A DNA stretch of 63,841 nt, filler included, from Octopus bimaculoides (Eukaryota), in assembly GCF_001194135.2 (NCBI RefSeq). It is 6 parts of 4 records of this genome, joined end to end, with 100 filler letters (N's around TTAATTAATTAA, not from the genome) between each part and the next. Parts side by side here need not be neighbours in the genome. Positions count along the whole stretch, not along the records: positions 1 to 14,933 come from NC_068984.1; 5 more parts are not named here. One strand, 5' to 3'. Below are positions 1 to 11,417 of the stretch, piece after piece; within the stretch, counting starts at the first letter, position 1, and the number at the start of each line of letters is the position of its first letter. The notes beneath the pieces were generated by a model. The model ran no database searches and was not told the DNA's origin. It was given only the letters and a program-made list of their open reading frames with translations. Position numbers and translations under genes: made by a program.

Positions 1-340
1 GACAGCTAAAGTGTTGATACCCATTATCTTGTTTTTAGCATTGAGCTCTGTTTTTAGTATTGATCTAACTCGTCTATAGTACTCTTTCTTTCTTTTTTTT
101 CTTTCATTTGTGTATGTTGTATCCTATCTAGTTCATTGACTCCTAAATATTTGTATGGCTGGCTTTCGTCTAGTTCTCTTAATTCATTGGCTTTATCTAG
201 TGTTATATTGCTACTTTTAACTAATTTTCCTCTTTTCAGGGTTGCTTTGGCACATTTTTCTAATCCGAATTTCATATCTATTTCCTTGGTAATGCCATGT
301 ACTGTCTGTAGTAGTGTTTCTAGCTCTTTGTCATTTTTTA
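1..340 (-). mobile_element. R4/Dong-type RLE non-LTR retrotransposon, 5'-truncated RT fragment running off the window edge
   Basis: Translation ...DKELETLLQTVHGITKEIDMKFGLEKCAKATLKRG...YKYLG is RT C-terminal sequence homologous to 1507-1848 and 53077-53358. The 5' end abuts an (ATT)n array. Confidence 0.85.
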
Positions 341-342
341 AA

Positions 343-390
343 TTTATTATTATTATTATTATTGTTGTTGTTGTTGTTGTTGTTGCTGCT
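343..390. repeat. (ATT)n(GTT)n microsatellite between two Dong elements
   Basis: Directly visible in the sequence. Confidence 0.95.
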
Positions 391-3300
391 TTTGCACAGC
401 TTCTAACGCTGGAGATGTATTAAAGTGTCAACTGTTCACTACCAGTGAACTAAGGAAACACCTCTTAATTTTCGAGCACCTTCCGGAGTATTCCTGCGCT
501 TCCAAGCAGTGCTGTTTTCTTCAAATGCTCCACCCTTATTGCAGCTCCTATTTGTTCCACGTACCTCTCGAGATTTTTGCTCACTGTTTTCAGGGCTCCG
601 ACAATTATTGGTACTACTGCTACCGTTTTCATCGACCAATACTGCTTAACTTTCCAAGCTAACCTATCATATCTCTCGACTTTTCTTTCTTCCTTATCGC
701 ATACCTTGTTGTCAGCTGGGCATGCTATATCTATGATCCTGCATAGTTTGTTTTCTTTCTCAATTAAGACTATGTCCGGCTTCTTATTCTCTATCTCACG
801 GTCGCACTGAATCAGAAAATCCCATACGATATTGGCATTTCCATTTTCGATTATGTCTTCAGGTTTGTGGTCGTACCAATATTTTGCTCTGTCAAGTCTA
901 TACTTGTTGCAAAGTGTCCAATGTACAAACCTGGCTATATTGTCGTAGCGTCTTTTATATTCCTTCTGGACTAGTGGCGTACATTGGCTGGTAATATGCC
1001 ATACGGTTTCACCGTTTTGTTCACAGATTCTGAACTTATCACTTTCTGCTGTGTTGTCTATTCTGTATTTTATGTAGTTTGTTCTTAGTGCTTGCTCTTG
1101 GGCAGCACAGATTAGAGCCTCCGTTTCCGGTTTTAAATCACTTTTAGTCATCCACGGCCATCTGTTTTCTCTGTTTACCTTATTTTCAACATCCCTATGA
1201 AATTGACCATGCATTCTTTTCTTTACCCACCTATTTTCAGTTTCGTTTTCAATTTCTTGTATAGTGTTTTATCATTGCAATCTTTCATCCGACACAAGCC
1301 TGACTTTCTTACTTCTAATAATAGCGGTTCTGTGGTATTTTTTACATACCATGCTGTGTTGTTTTCTTCTGCTTTAATGCTGTGTTCGCATCCAATAAGC
1401 CTTCTCCCCTGTCTTTTTCTTCGTACATACAGTCTGCCTGTGTCACTTTTTGGGTGGAGTGACCCATATCTAGTTAACAACTTCCTTGTCTTTCTGTCTA
1501 AGCTGTTTAGTTATTTACTGTCCAAGCAAGTACCCCTGCTCCATATCTAAGGAGTGAAACAACCCAGGTGTTGATGGCTTCGATCTTATTCTGTCCATTT
1601 AATTTCGACTTAAGGATCAGTCTCAGTCTGCGCAAGTACTCCACCTTAAATTTTTCTGTCATTTCTTTCTCCATCAATTTATCCTTTTCCAATATCTCCA
1701 AGTACTTATAGACAGTCTCTTCTATCTGCTTCATAACCTCTCCCGACGGTAACGTTAACCCGTTCATACATTTGATTTTGCCTCTCTTCAAGACACCACA
1801 CTTTGTCAGTCCGAACTCCATTCTGATATCGGCACTGAAAGTATACACCGTATCAACGATGGAACTGACCTAGGCTTCATCTTTACCATAAAGTTTGAGG
1901 TCATCCATGAATAACAAACGGTTGGCTTTTTGTTGGCGCCTTTTGAATACACACCCAGCTTTTGCTTTCCTCGGAATCAGTGTTAGTGGTATCAAGCACA
2001 GTACAAAGATCAGTGGGGATAGGCAGTCCCCTTGGAAGATGCCCCTCCTAATTTCTAATGACCCTAAACTTCTTCCGTATGCTGTCAGGTCCGTCCTCCA
2101 ATTCGCCATACTTTTTTCAAGCAATCGCTCAACATTCGATGCAGTACTAAATAGGGATTATATCATACGCCTTACGATAGTCGATCCATGACATGGCTAA
2201 GTTAAGTTTCCTCCTCTTGCAGTCTCTAAGTACAGTTTTGTCTATCAGGAGTTGATCCTTGATACCTCTGCACTTACTCTTGCAACCCTTCTGCTCATGT
2301 GGCAGGACTCCTTTTTTTTTTTGTTTTTGCAGATGTTCGTACATTGACTCTGCTATTTTTTTTCCTGTCAATAACTTCCACATAAGTGGTAAACAGGATA
2401 TCGGCCTGTAATTGTCTACCGTATTGCGTTTTCTGATGTTTTTCACGCACAGCACTGTCCTACCCAATGTCAACCACTCTGGTGTTACTTGGCCGGCATT
2501 TAACAAGGTGTTGAGTTGCGCAGCTTTTCGTGCATGACATTCACCAAATCTTTTGATCCAGTAGCCTTGTTCCATCTGGTCCCGGAGCCTTCCAGTTGCT
2601 TATTTCTTTTGTCGATTTCCTTCATTTCCTTAACTGAAATGACTAGTTCTGCCTGTTTTGAACAGACTACTGTTTGTTTCAGTTCTTGCAACCATTCAGC
2701 ATCCTCCTTGTGCCTCTTGTCTTTGCTCCAGATGTCACTCCAAAGCCTTTGACTTTCAATGTTAACTGGTATCAACTTTTCATCTGTACACTCTCTATTT
2801 ATTTCTTTGTAGAATCTCTTCTGATCTACTCTGAATAACCTATTCTGATGATAACCCTTCATTCTTTGGTCGTATCTTACCATCTCTGCTTTCTTTGCAA
2901 CGAGGCGCTGTTTCAGTNNNNNNNNNNCGCTTTTAAGCTCCCCTTTCGCTTTTCGGTCTAAGACAGAAATTTCCTTCGAGAGCATGTCTAACCCTGCCTG
3001 GATTCTTCTTTTCCACCGTGGATCTTTCTTTTTTTGTCACTCCCATTATGTTTCTTTTTCTTAACATCAACACCCTCGTTTTCTGCTACAGCAATACTTG
3101 CTGCCTTGATCAAATTATTTGTTTCTGTGATGTTGTTTGTTCTGATGTATTTCAGAATTTCATTGACATTTTTCGTTTCTTGGTTCAATTTCCATCGATC
3201 AACCGTTTTAAGGTTGCAAATAATGTCGCTATCGTTCTCCTGTACGCTTACCTTTATCCTGTCGTAAATTGCCTTTTGTTCATCTGTCATGTCGCCATTA

Positions 3301-3958
3301 GTTTTATAGTATTCTTTTAGATAATCTATATGTCTCTCATCAAGTAAACTACCACTGCTCTTTTCCTGTGCTATGGTATTACTCTTATTATTAGTAAGAA
3401 CTGCATTTTCATTGTTATCTCTGCTGCTATTTTGCATGCCCCTTCTTTTGATAACTTCAAGCTCTACTTTTGTGAACCAACAATGTTTTCTTATTGCTCT
3501 AGCTTGATCACATAGTCTCTGTTCCATGAGTTGAAACAATTCCTTTTCTCTCCAAGGATCATACATACGTTGTCGGTAACCCCTAATTTGAGCACCATTT
3601 TCATCTACTGGGCTGCTCAGGTAGTAACACTCCATGACCTCAGCATTAATCTGTTTGCTTCATCTACGCCGTGTGTGGTGGTCTCTTTCTGGATATCGAC
3701 AGGCTGGAGCCGGACCAAAATCTCTGAGCCTACCGAGTGTACCACTGTCACCGTCATTGGCTTCAGTTTCATTACGACCGTTATTCACAATATTTTGTTT
3801 TTTCATTGTCACTCATATGAGATAGCAATTATCAGGTTGCGCCATTACCAGTGTTTTTATTGTGACACCATCACTAGATGTATCATTAATCAGCCCATGG
3901 GTAGGAGGAGGCTCCACGTGTTTCCTTTCATTATTATCATTATCTTCACTGATATCTC
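391..3958 (-). mobile_element. Near full-length (~3.55 kb) R4/Dong-type retrotransposon, frameshifted and inactive
   Basis: Fragments in the correct order: N-terminal VMECYY...YRQRM...EQRLCDQARAIRK (2988-3635); RT motifs [43 protein letters not shown] (1507-2575); CCHC-like knuckle RICEQNGETVWHITSQC; RLE nuclease KPDIVLIE...IIDIACP...K (465-1214). Microsatellite arrays flank both ends. Confidence 0.92.
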
Positions 3959-3961
3959 TGA

Positions 3962-3988
3962 TATTATTATTATTATTATTATTATTAA

Positions 3989-4033
<45 letters not shown>

Positions 4034-4050
4034 CATCATTATTATTATTA
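3962..4050. repeat. (ATT)n microsatellite at the 5' junction of the Dong element
   Basis: Directly visible in the sequence. Confidence 0.95.
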
Positions 4051-4055
4051 ATATT

Positions 4056-4270
4056 TAAGGCGGTGAATTGACAGAATCGTTACCGCGTCGGACAAAATGC
4101 TCACCGGTATTTCTTCTGATTTCACGTTCTGAGTTCAAATGCCACTGATGTCAACTTTGGCTTTCATCCTTCCGGATCGATAAAATAAATACCAGTTGAG
4201 TATTGGCGTCGCTGTAACCCACTTACTCCTTGTCCCGAAACTGCTGACTTTGAGCCAAAATTTCAAACCA
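4056..4270 (+). mobile_element. tRNA-derived SINE (family 1)
   Basis: Head taaggcggtgaattgacagaatcgtta (A-box-like), B-box-like gagttcaaat, body tcatccttccggatcgataaaataaatacca. Many homologs in the window. Confidence 0.85.
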
Positions 4271-4273
4271 ATA

Positions 4274-4508
4274 TAAGGCGGTGAGCCGACAGAATTGTTA
4301 GCGCGCTGGACGAAATGCTTAGCAGCATTTCGCCCGCCACTACGTTCTGCATTCAAATTCCGACGAGATCGACTTGGCTTTTCATCCTTTCGAGATCGAT
4401 AAAATAAGTACCAACTGAACACTGACTGAGATCGATGTAATCGACTAATCTATCACCCCAAATTGCTATCCCTGTGGCAAAATTTGAAACCATTATTATT
4501 ATTATTAT
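4274..4508 (+). mobile_element. tRNA-derived SINE (family 1), tandem to the previous copy, with (ATT)n tail
   Basis: Same head and body; ends aaatttgaaacc followed by (att)n. Confidence 0.88.
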
Positions 4509-5660
4509 CATTTTCTCTTTATCACCGGTTTTGTTCGAGCTTCCGGAGCCTACGGTACCATGCTATTCGTTCTTTTCAACTACCTAATATTTTTCTGATT
4601 ATTCTGGCCGTGCCAAAGAGGTAAACCTTTTGTAACAGTTCTACTGGGCACTCTATTCCAATTTGCTTTATATTCTTCTTGATGCCTTCTGATACTGTTC
4701 CCAAGGACTCAACAATAATTGGCACTATCTTCGCCTTCTTCATTTTCCATAGCCGGGCTATTTCGTACTTAAGAGGGTTGTATCTATCTATCTTTTCGTC
4801 TTCGTTCTTGATTACTCGTAGGTCAAAGGGGCCTGCAACATCAACTATATAGCATATATGGTGCATCTTGTCAACCACCACTAGGTCCGGTCTGTTATGC
4901 TCTAGCACCTGATCTGTTTGGGTTGGGAAATCTTAGAGGATTTTGCTAATATCCGACTCTTCCACTCTCTCCGGTCTGTTCTCATACTACGTCTTGTCTC
5001 TCTCTAGTTTCCACTTTTCGCACAGTTTCCAGTGTAGCGCCTGGTCATGTCGCCACAACTTGTAGTGGTTTTAGGCAAGTCTAGGGCATTCGTTTGTGAT
5101 ATGGGTAATGGTTTCACACACTCTTTTGCAGATGCGACACAGCGGGGACACATGCTCATTCCTAAGGTTCACCCTCCAGTTGGTGGCCAAAGCTTGGTCC
5201 TGCATGGCCAGTATAGTGCTTTTTGGGTCTCTTTTTGTACGGTTACTTTCATCAGCCAATCCCACCAATTTTTTCCAGCAAGTTCTGTTGTGGCTACATG
5301 GAAATGTTTGTGTAATCCCGTCTTGCGTAATTCTTCTTCATGTCCTTTTTGTACTTCTTCCTTTGTTTTCCCTTTATTTCTGCTCTCAATACTCCCTCGT
5401 TCCTGACTGTCACTAGCAAAGTTTCCTTACTTTGGGCTAGGTATCTCATTAAGCTCTCGAGTTCGATACATACGCAGTCTTNNNNNNNNNNGTATCTCAT
5501 TAAGCTCTCGAGTTCGATACATACGCAGTCTTCCACACTTATCAGTCCCCTTCCTCCATTTGCTCTCTTCATGTATAGGCGACCAGTGTCTGCACGTGGA
5601 CGATGGGGTCCATGCATCGTTAGGAGCTTTCTTGACTTCCTGCCCATCTCCTTTAGAGTT
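4509..5660 (-). mobile_element. R4/Dong-type retrotransposon, 3' part (thumb, Zn knuckle, RLE, 3' UTR)
   Basis: ADTGRLYMKRANGGRGLISVEDC; AMQDQALATN...CRICKRVCETITHITNEC; HNRPDLVVVDK...VDVAGP...K. Stop at 4576. Confidence 0.9.
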
Positions 5661-6554
5661 CGTCCCCCCCCCCCAGGGGAGCGTCAGTAATTTCCAAGGA
5701 GGGCGCGAGCCCTTGTGAAAAGCAGGAATTTTTCTAATTATAGTTGTTATTCTCTTAACGAGAGCATGGTCAAATAATGAACAGTTTTTGAAAAAATGCT
5801 AAAATATGGCCTTATACTTTTAGTTTTGTTATTCTACTGTCTTAACACCGCTTACCATTTTCTGTATTTATTGACCCCACTTCATATCCCTCAAAACCCT
5901 CACTAATTCTGAATTGTAGCTTTAACATTTGCCTTTATTTTGTTTTTTCTGTTACAAGACTCAAGTTAAGAACCACTGGTATAAAGCTTGGAAATTATTA
6001 CAAACAACTTTTTCAGTTAATAGATTATAAACAAGTTTGATTCACAGTTTTTATATATATGAAATAATGTGATTCTTAAGAATCAAGAGACATGCTGAAA
6101 CATTATAAAATCATTATAGTAACATACTAAGAAATATTAACTTAATTTAAAAAACTGAAAACTATTTTAAAATTTTAGCAAGATGAAAAGTATGATATAT
6201 TTTAAAATAGGAAATAAAACAAAAGTATGTAATAGGTTCTATTATTGCTCAATTTAATATAATCTTCAAAAAATTAAAACACAGATTGGAAAAAATAAAA
6301 AATTTTAATAAAACCAAAATATTTAATATTAAATGTTAAAAATATAGTAATTTTTTTGTAAGGAAAGAAATTATAATATAAAGCCAACTTTTAAACTGAA
6401 ATTCAGATTTAAATATTACAGAAAATACTAGGTAAAACTAAAAGCTATGCAAAATCTTTTCTGTTTTTAAATAAACTTTTTCATATTTTCGTACTAATAA
6501 ATACAATATTCTATTGTACAAATTTTTCATATAACTTTTTCTTTTAATTTAACT

Positions 6555-7085
6555 TTTATTCACCGCAGGTACACTCTTTTTGTCTTTTCTTTCATGTCGT
6601 GGTGCTTGACTCCATCTGCCTCAAGTATTGCCAAGTAACATAGCTGAACTGAGGTTGAATTGCCTTCATTTCATCACTTGGTAGCCATATACTTTCTGTC
6701 CTGTCAAGCTTTCCTCGTTTCATCACCATCGTAGCACATTTTGAGGGTCCAAACTCCATCTTAATATCATTGGAGAAAATCCATACAGACTGGAGTAGGC
6801 TGTCCACTTCTGCCTCACTTTTTGTGAATAGCTTCCGGTTGTCCATGAATAGCAAGTGGTTTAGTTTTCCCTTACCTCTTCCCAGATGATACCCCAACTT
6901 TGCTTTCTGTAGTATTTCACTCAAGGGGATCGTTCCCAGCACGAATATCAGTGGCGACTCACTGTCTCCCTGGAAGATCTCTCTCTTGATTTTCACCTCT
7001 CCTAGTACTTGCTTCCCTGCTGTCAATTCCATTCTCCAGCATTTCATACTATTCCGTATAAGGCTTCTCATATTTTCTGCTACTC

Positions 7086-7086
<1 letters not shown>
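6555..7086 (-). mobile_element. R4/Dong-type RT fragment, probably the upstream part of the 4509-5660 copy
   Basis: VKIKREIFQGDSESPLIF...LNHLLFMDN...MEFGPSKCATMVMKRGK. It ends just short of where the 5660 piece resumes. The 5' end is fused to (TAA)n. Confidence 0.88.
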
Positions 7087-7166
<80 letters not shown>

Positions 7167-7248
7167 CATTATTATTATCATTATTATTATCATTATTATT
7201 ATTATTATTATTATTATCGTCGTTGTTGTTGTTATCATTATCATTATT
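7087..7248. repeat. (ATT)n array, pure next to the element and degenerate (ATC/GTT/GTC) distally
   Basis: Directly visible in the sequence. Confidence 0.95.
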
Positions 7249-7249
7249 G

Positions 7250-7570
7250 AATGGAAGAGCAGCGCCCGCATCAGTGTGATAATGGGGTACAAATAAACGA
7301 AGCCCAATATACTTATCATGATTACCCGTCTGATAAGGGTACACCAGGCACATGTTTCATAACCATACGTGCGAGACATTGTGACCTAATATCATGATAA
7401 AGAGCTCATGACATTGCAGGTGGAGACCAGTTAGAATTCTCTTCAGATCCAATAGCCCAAACAAATCTGCAATATTGAACAAACTGTCTGTTGCAGCCAT
7501 CTTTTAAAACAGGACAATCAGTTAAGATCAGAAGCCATGAGAGCCACTGCCTGGTACTACATCAGGGTAT
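7250..7570 (+). repeat. Interspersed repeat fragment of unclassified family
   Basis: gataagggtacaccaggcacatg...gccatgagagccactgcctggtac is recalled as a common octopus repeat. No second copy in this window. Confidence 0.4.
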
Positions 7571-8409
7571 TTTATTATTATCATTATATACTTGTACAAT
7601 ATATGGTAGTTTGAGGCAAATTATTATTACTCTTGTTACTGCTGTTGTTTATGTTGTTGTTGTTATTATACATGCTTGTCGCCACAACTGCCGTCATAGT
7701 TTACCAACATCATCATCATCATCGTCGTCGTCGTCGTGGTGATGGGATTTCACTGTAATTTTTATGTCTGATATACTCCCGATTTCTGTATGGCGTTTGG
7801 TGAAGTATGTATAAGTTTATATATAAGTATGCGTATGTGTACCTATATATATGTATGTGTATGTATGGACAGATGTTCTTTGAGTTTTATCTAAATTCTT
7901 CTTAAGAGAGTTCAAAACATCGTGGAAGTTTGGTGTTATCTTTGTCCCTCTTTATCAAGTATTTAGTAACCCTCTCCTTTCCTGAATAGCGTGAGATGCA
8001 ATATATCTATCACAGTGGTGGTCAGTACCTTTCTAGTTTCCAGTACTCTTTCATATTATGAATGGCTTTGTACTCTATTATACTGTGGTCTCTTATCTTT
8101 TTGACCTCAGGATTGTATGTATGTGTATATAACATTATTCAGGGGAGGGGTCAACATTTCTTGCCAATAGAGAAAGAGCCGATTTCTAACCTAATGTATG
8201 TGTGTTATTTAGTTTTATTTCTAAATTTCTTGTCAATAGAGAAAGAGCCAGTTTCTAACCTAGATCCAAAGCTCCTTCATTGGAATTTCAACAACATAAC
8301 AGGATATCTTTGTATGTATGTATGTATGTATGTATGTTTTGCTTTAATGTATGTATTCTCAAGCATTTAGTTGCATGTCAAGACATGCTCATATATACTT
8401 AAATGATAA

Positions 8410-9540
8410 ACTTCTGGAAAGTTTTACAGTTTCTTATAGTTTCAGTAATGGCTGGGATCTGTGTTCATCGAATCAACTTCCTTCTTTCTGATTTTGAAAC
8501 CCTAATTTCTCAAGATTGGTATTTAGGCAGTGTGTTACATATCCCAGTGCCCCCGTAATTACAGGTATAAACCTGAACTTGTGATCTGGATAGAGCAACT
8601 GTAGATTTCTCTATTGTTCAGCGCAGACATTTTCTTTATTGCTGATCTTTAGCTTTATGTTAACATCCACAACTGTACACTGTTTCCCTTCTCTATCCCA
8701 AATCACTATGTCAGGTATATTATGTTTACATTTTATTGTGCTTTTCACTAGGACATTCCACCAGTACTCCCTTTTAATTATGAGTGGCTATGGCTTCTAC
8801 CATACTGTGGGTTCATATTTCTTTGGCGTTGGAGTTATCCTTCCGAAGGACTCATTATACAGTGTCCTAGCTGCAACATCATGTCTCGTTGGTAGATAAT
8901 ACTGTGATGACATTTTCAGGCAACTGCTTATGAAATGGGTGATATCTCCGGTGTTAACTCCACAAAGTCTGTATCGGCTGTCACATTTTGCTGTTTTTTT
9001 CTGTGTCTCTATCCCTTTGTGCATCAAGTACTTGGTTGATATTTCCTGTTCCTGAATTGCAAACGCATACCCCTCAAAGTGGGAGTTAGAAATCTGTTTG
9101 TTGGTCCATGATAGACTTCTTTGATAATCAATTTTACTATCATCCCAGAGCTTTCTACTAACATATCCATGTATGGTCTTCTGCTAATATACGCTCATCC
9201 TTTCACCTGATGATACGTTGCAGTAGAGTCATGTGACTTCTTTGGACATGTATTTAAGGTTATCAGACAAAGAATGCTGCTCAAGGAACTGCTTTCCAAG
9301 CCTCATGATGTTATCAGCCTCATGTATGCAAACTTAGTCAAGGAATGCACTTCGACATTTGGTGATTAAAAATACGTTGCCGATGGGATGTAATACGACA
9401 GTCAAAGGCAGTCTGAATCGATGCTAAGCCTCTGTCGCTTTGTTTTCGTCTTAGGTAGAGGTGGTCTAAGTCACTATTGATGTGGAAATTATGTGTGCTG
9501 GTTAGTATCTTCCGGGTTTTCACATCAATTATTCGAATCT
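8410..9540 (-). mobile_element. R4/Dong-type retrotransposon 3' part, degenerate
   Basis: KTRKILT...DLDHLYLRRKQSDRGLASI; CRLCG-like YRLCGVNTGDITHFISSC...RHD; remnants of the RLE region near 8600-8750. Confidence 0.82.
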
Positions 9541-9545
9541 CATCA

Positions 9546-9699
9546 AGCGGTTCGGCAAAAAAGCCCGATAGAATAAGTACTAGGCTTACAAAGAATAAGT
9601 CCTGGGGTCGATTTACTCGACTAAAGGCGGTGCTCCAGCATGGCCACAGTCAAATGACTGAAACAAGTAAAAGAGTAAAAAAAAAGAGTAAAAGAGTAA
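9546..9699 (+). mobile_element. SINE family 2, 3' half
   Basis: agcggttcggcaaaa...gatagaataagtactaggcttacaaagaataagtcctggggtcg...aaacaagtaaaagagt matches 58050-58190. Confidence 0.88.
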
Positions 9700-9935
9700 G
9701 CACCCAATTAAGTAATTCAAATGTTAATATGAGTACTGGTACTTGAAACACATTGTGAGCATGTGTGTATATATGTGTGAGCAGACTGGCAGAATTTATT
9801 ATTATGATAACTTATAAAAAATAAAGACAATTTATTTGTAACTTATACCTAATATTCATAATTGAATTTAACAATCGCTGTAAGAGAATCCATTTCATGA
9901 TAATAAATGTATTCAGTATACAACATCGATCTTAC

Positions 9936-10184
9936 CGTTAGACTGGTGTGATTTCTGTTCGGCTAAATCCATGTCTTTTATCATATGACTGGAAAGATCT
10001 CGTGCAATAGGATTTGCAGGGACACCATGTGGTGCTAAATGAGACGCTTCCTCAAGAATCCTGTGTGCCTCAGTAGTTTGAGGTAAAACGATCTCTGCTC
10101 CAACAAAAAATCGGTTAATCAAGAAAAACCCAACCAGTACAAATATGCAAGTAATTCCATAGGCACGGAAAGTCACCTCACTCC
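9936..10184 (-). CDS. MFSD6: Internal coding exon (249 bp, phase 1-1) of an MFSD6-like major facilitator superfamily protein: last TM helix and start of the C-terminal tail
   Basis: Acceptor tttttcattgtag|GG at 10185/10184; donor AACG|gtaaga at 9936/9935; open frame GSEVTFRAYGITCIFVLVGFFLINRFF...EEASHLAPHGVPANPIARDLSS. The TFR-YG-C-hydrophobic helix and SHLAPHGVP-NP motifs are recalled from invertebrate MFSD6-family proteins. Coding status is well supported; family assignment is from memory. Confidence 0.75.
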
Positions 10185-10419
10185 CTACAATGAAAAATCA
10201 GTACTAGTAATTAGGTTACAAATTTAGCCAATGTGGATTTTTTGAAGAAAAACATAATAATTTCCGTTAATTTTGTTTGAAGAGAAATACAATATACTGA
10301 AGAAAGGTTTTTAAAGAGATACAGTTTTAATTTAACTTTTGGTGACTCATATTGTCTGTTCGCAAATGAATTGTTTATCTTTAAGACAAATCAAGAAAAA
10401 GTTCTACCCAGATATCCTC

Positions 10420-10620
10420 AGCTCTCAACAGATCGTGGCTTCAACAGTTCTCCGTTAAAGCAAACCCATGTTTTTATGTTACCTTGAGTGGTTCGACTAT
10501 CATTCATAAACTTTTCATGGCATTCCAACTTCAAGATTATCTTCAAGAATGCCTCCCTGTTAACCGTGCCGAATGCCTTTGTGAAATCTATGATAGTTAA
10601 CCAGAGAAGGAATATGGATA
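10420..10620 (-). mobile_element. RTE-clade LINE RT fragment
   Basis: IIDFTKAFGTVNREAFLKIILKLECHEKF...VCFNGELL. Confidence 0.75.
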
Positions 10621-11241
10621 TCAATGGCTTATCTTTCTCTCCCCTCTCCCCTCTCCATCTCCGACGGCGAGTACTCCGAGTATCTTGGAACTGATGAGGA
10701 CGCCGTGACAAAGAAATAAGTTAGTTGATTTCGGAAGCTATAAAAGTCAGAGTCGTTCGCAATCACTAGACCATATCCGAGATCGTATGTGTAGCGCCAG
10801 TGCTAGACCAACATTGGAATAATAGGCAGAACGCTTTAAAAGATCTTCAAGGTAGATCATGCCTATCACTGGTAGCTTCCACATCAGCAGTGATACTAAC
10901 AGGATCTATGTAGGAATGGAAACAGAGGTATAAGATTAGTTCAAACAACTTTTGAGCTTTGCCTTGTCACACAGACAATTGTTGAACACTAAATAAGAAA
11001 TGAGTATAATACATATGTACTCTGCAATGAAAAATAACATGTTGAATGTAGGTGAAGAACTCTTCAATAGTTATTCTGAGTATACAATTGCTCTATATGA
11101 TCTAAAGGATAACAACATTAACCCGCTCACGTATCCACAAATCGCAGGAGTTGTTTGACTCTTGACAAAAACGCTTTCTAACTCGTCTGAATTCAGTAAA
11201 TTTACTCTAAAAAAAACATACACACAAATGTGTGTGTGTGT

Positions 11242-11291
<50 letters not shown>

Positions 11292-11417
11292 CACACTAAC
11301 TCAGCTACATATTTACATACACCGTGAACTCAAAATATCTTGTCGGTTTGTTAGCAACTGGCTTGAACTCCTTTAAGAACTTAAATGAAACTCAAAGAAA
11401 ATATGTGTGTATATGTG

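Noticed and set aside
3531-4058. Plus-strand ORFs overlapping Dong elements (also 136-423, 1197-1550, 5047-5416)
   Set aside because: Antisense shadows of retrotransposon coding sequence and microsatellite.
5441-5532. 41-bp direct duplication around an N10 gap
   Set aside because: Exact overlap across a minimal gap is an assembly artifact, not a TSD or tandem repeat.
8160-8262. 33-bp direct repeat with a ~36-bp spacer, superficially CRISPR-like
   Set aside because: Only two imperfect units, eukaryotic context and no cas genes; a simple local duplication.
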